A DNA stretch of 64,000 bases from a virus. Lineage: Duplodnaviria; Caudoviricetes. Each line of letters opens with the position of its first letter. Positions within the stretch are counted from its first letter, which is position 1. The stretch spans positions 36,199-100,198 of the IMG/VR virus record IMGVR_UViG_2974732567_000001; one strand, given 5' to 3'. This document shows, in pieces, positions 62,139 through 64,000 of this stretch. The notes under the pieces are model-generated. The model saw only the letters and a list, made by a program, of their open reading frames with translations, did not search any database and was not told the origin of the DNA. The position numbers and the translations under genes are program-made.

Positions 62139-62570
62139 TTAGAACCAACCATTATTTTTAATCTTAATCGTAATATCAATAATAGTTTTCTTTGTTTTCG
62201 GTTTTAGATGATTCAGTGAACCTGGAATAATAGGAATTATTTCATATCCAATCTGAACAAAATTATCGAAGATACGAATCGGAGTACCGAACTCATCCTC
62301 AAAGTCATAATCTTTAGCAAAAGAACTAAGTCCCGCCAAAGCTTTAAAGAACTCATCTTCCAAATCGTATTTGTTACTTAGGAAATCATTTGCAGTATAA
62401 TATGTATTGTTCGGAATTGAATCAATCATATAGAGATCAAATGTTGTCTTTTTCTCTTTTTTGCCACCCAGCCACGGATAAGCATTCAACATTTTGTCTG
62501 CAAGACTTTCTTTATAAGTATTAGCACTGTTATTTTTCTTCGGTAATGTAAATGTATATGTTGTAATCAT
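62139..62570 (-). CDS. Hypothetical protein
   Basis: Intact 143-aa ORF within the operon. Confidence 0.7.
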   Translation of the reverse strand: MITTYTFTLPKKNNSANTYKESLADKMLNAYPWLGGKKEKKTTFDLYMIDSIPNNTYYTANDFLSNKYDLEDEFFKALAGLSSFAKDYDFEDEFGTPIRIFDNFVQIGYEIIPIIPGSLNHLKPKTKKTIIDITIKIKNNGWF

Positions 62571-62583
62571 AGTTTTCAGCCTT

Positions 62584-63558
62584 TTAATTGTTATTACTAA
62601 ACGAAATCTTCTTCATAGGTTCTTCTTCCTTTATAGTCTCAATCAAATTATTGTATTTTAGATCGTTTTCAAACTCAAGTATCGCACATTCTCCAGCATC
62701 CCTATTTTTTAGGATATGAAGATAGACTTTATTCTTAACTAGTAAACGATTCGGTCCATACTGTTGTATATTGAGTAATTCCGGTCTGTGAATACAGATA
62801 ACATAATCGGATGCATGAAAAATAGTATCCGCAGAAGAAATATCACTACGCATTGGATAATGCATAGATGGATTGTTAATCCTATCAGGAGCTTCAATGT
62901 TTCGATTCATCTGTGATAACTGAATTATAGTAGTATTAGGGTATTTTTTAACCTTAATAAACAGTTTCTGTAAATCGGAAATCACTTTCAATGCAGATTC
63001 TTGACCTTCTACAAGCAATGTATGATCAAGGATAATAACGAATTTTTTACCCTTAGCATAATTTTCATAGAAGTAATCAATAGTAGAAGCTATCTCATTA
63101 ACCGTCCCAGGTGTATCAACATAATATATCTGGTATGATTTTATTTGTTGAGATGCTGTCTCAACTTGTTCTAATGTTTCATCTGGTAAATCTTCATTAG
63201 AACTGTATAGCTGTGCAGTAGTTTGCCTTAACTTACTACTTAATTTTCTACCTACCTGCCTTGAACTTAACATCTCAAAAGAGAAGTTAAGGATAACTAC
63301 ATCCTGTTCTGGATTTAGATCTATTAAATCATTTTCAAGCGTATTAACAAATGATGATTTACCACTTCCTGATATACCTACTATAGTATATATCGTATTA
63401 GGCTCAATACCACCCATACAGTGTTTATTGAACTTATTCCATCTAGTCTTCAGAGATTGAATCTCATGATTCTTTCTCTGTTTTATATATTCTACTGCCT
63501 CTTTTGCTGCAGTAGATATATGACGGAAAGTAAGTGTATTAGTAGAGTTCTGTTCCAT
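62584..63558 (-). CDS. DnaB-like (SF4) replicative helicase, C-terminal domain only
   Basis: GISGSGKS, FSFEM, ILDH, LSQMNR, ASD, ILKNRDA. Confidence 0.9.
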   Translation of the reverse strand: MEQNSTNTLTFRHISTAAKEAVEYIKQRKNHEIQSLKTRWNKFNKHCMGGIEPNTIYTIVGISGSGKSSFVNTLENDLIDLNPEQDVVILNFSFEMLSSRQVGRKLSSKLRQTTAQLYSSNEDLPDETLEQVETASQQIKSYQIYYVDTPGTVNEIASTIDYFYENYAKGKKFVIILDHTLLVEGQESALKVISDLQKLFIKVKKYPNTTIIQLSQMNRNIEAPDRINNPSMHYPMRSDISSADTIFHASDYVICIHRPELLNIQQYGPNRLLVKNKVYLHILKNRDAGECAILEFENDLKYNNLIETIKEEEPMKKISFSNNN

Positions 63559-64000
63559 AACTATTATTAATTACAGGTTCTTCTACTTTCATTTGTTCCT
63601 CGTAAGTTTCCCACTCATGTTGAGTGAGCCATTTCCACATAGTTTTCATATAACCAATTTTACCAGTAATCATTTTATTATCTATCTCATATGATAAACA
63701 TTTCATAATATGCTGGTGCATAGCTTTACTTTTGCCAATTATTCGATTATATTCTTTCCTACATTTGTTCACATTAGCCCTCAAAAAACCTTTAGTTCCA
63801 TCAGGTCTTATAACATAAACTGGAAATAGGTCATAAAATTCATCAAACATAGATTTATCTTCTTTAAGAAGTTCTTCTAGTTTTTCTGTTTTCTTTATGA
63901 CAGTGGTATTGTCTACAGTGCTGGTAGCAATTAAACCACGAGACTCTAACTCTTGTATTTCTTCTTCATTAACTAGGCTGAGAAGTTTCTGAATGTCTTG
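63539..64000 (-). CDS. Hypothetical replication protein, 5' partial
   Basis: Frame open to the window edge; FDEFYDLFP...WLTQHEWE resembles replisome-organizer C-terminal domains. Confidence 0.65.
   Translation of the reverse strand, partial: QDIQKLLSLVNEEEIQELESRGLIATSTVDNTTVIKKTEKLEELLKEDKSMFDEFYDLFPVYVIRPDGTKGFLRANVNKCRKEYNRIIGKSKAMHQHIMKCLSYEIDNKMITGKIGYMKTMWKWLTQHEWETYEEQMKVEEPVINNSYGTELY

Noticed and set aside
1-64000. CRISPR array, introns or inteins
   Set aside because: No regularly spaced repeats, homing endonuclease motifs or splice-type interruptions noticed by eye; not excluded computationally

Overview
64 kb of an AT-rich crAss-like phage (Crassvirales, probably Suoliviridae/delta group) genome that uses genetic code 15 (TAG = Gln). 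The supplied standard-code ORF track shatters the genes. Reading TAG as Gln joins the fragments into long, tightly coupled ORFs with ATGA/TAATG overlaps. The + strand (1-55786) is the late/virion module. It holds tail-fibre adaptors and a collagen fibre, a 1126-aa LTD/FN3/metallophosphoesterase next to a 2647-aa LamG/CotH-kinase-like/LRR protein, a DUF5675 peptidase, and a four-module LamG receptor-binding gene broken by deletion-like junctions. It also holds a compact DGR (target with VR, TR, RT carrying Asn at a catalytic Asp), holin and spanin-like genes, ring/tail-tube/muzzle genes, and cargo proteins including a 4494-aa zincin + DFDID virion RNA polymerase. A terminator hairpin separates this from the convergent - strand replication module (PD-(D/E)XK nucleases, phosphoesterase, AAA ATPases, primase, SSB, DnaB-like helicase), which is almost free of TAG except for one small endonuclease. 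All calls come from reading motifs by eye; no searches were run.
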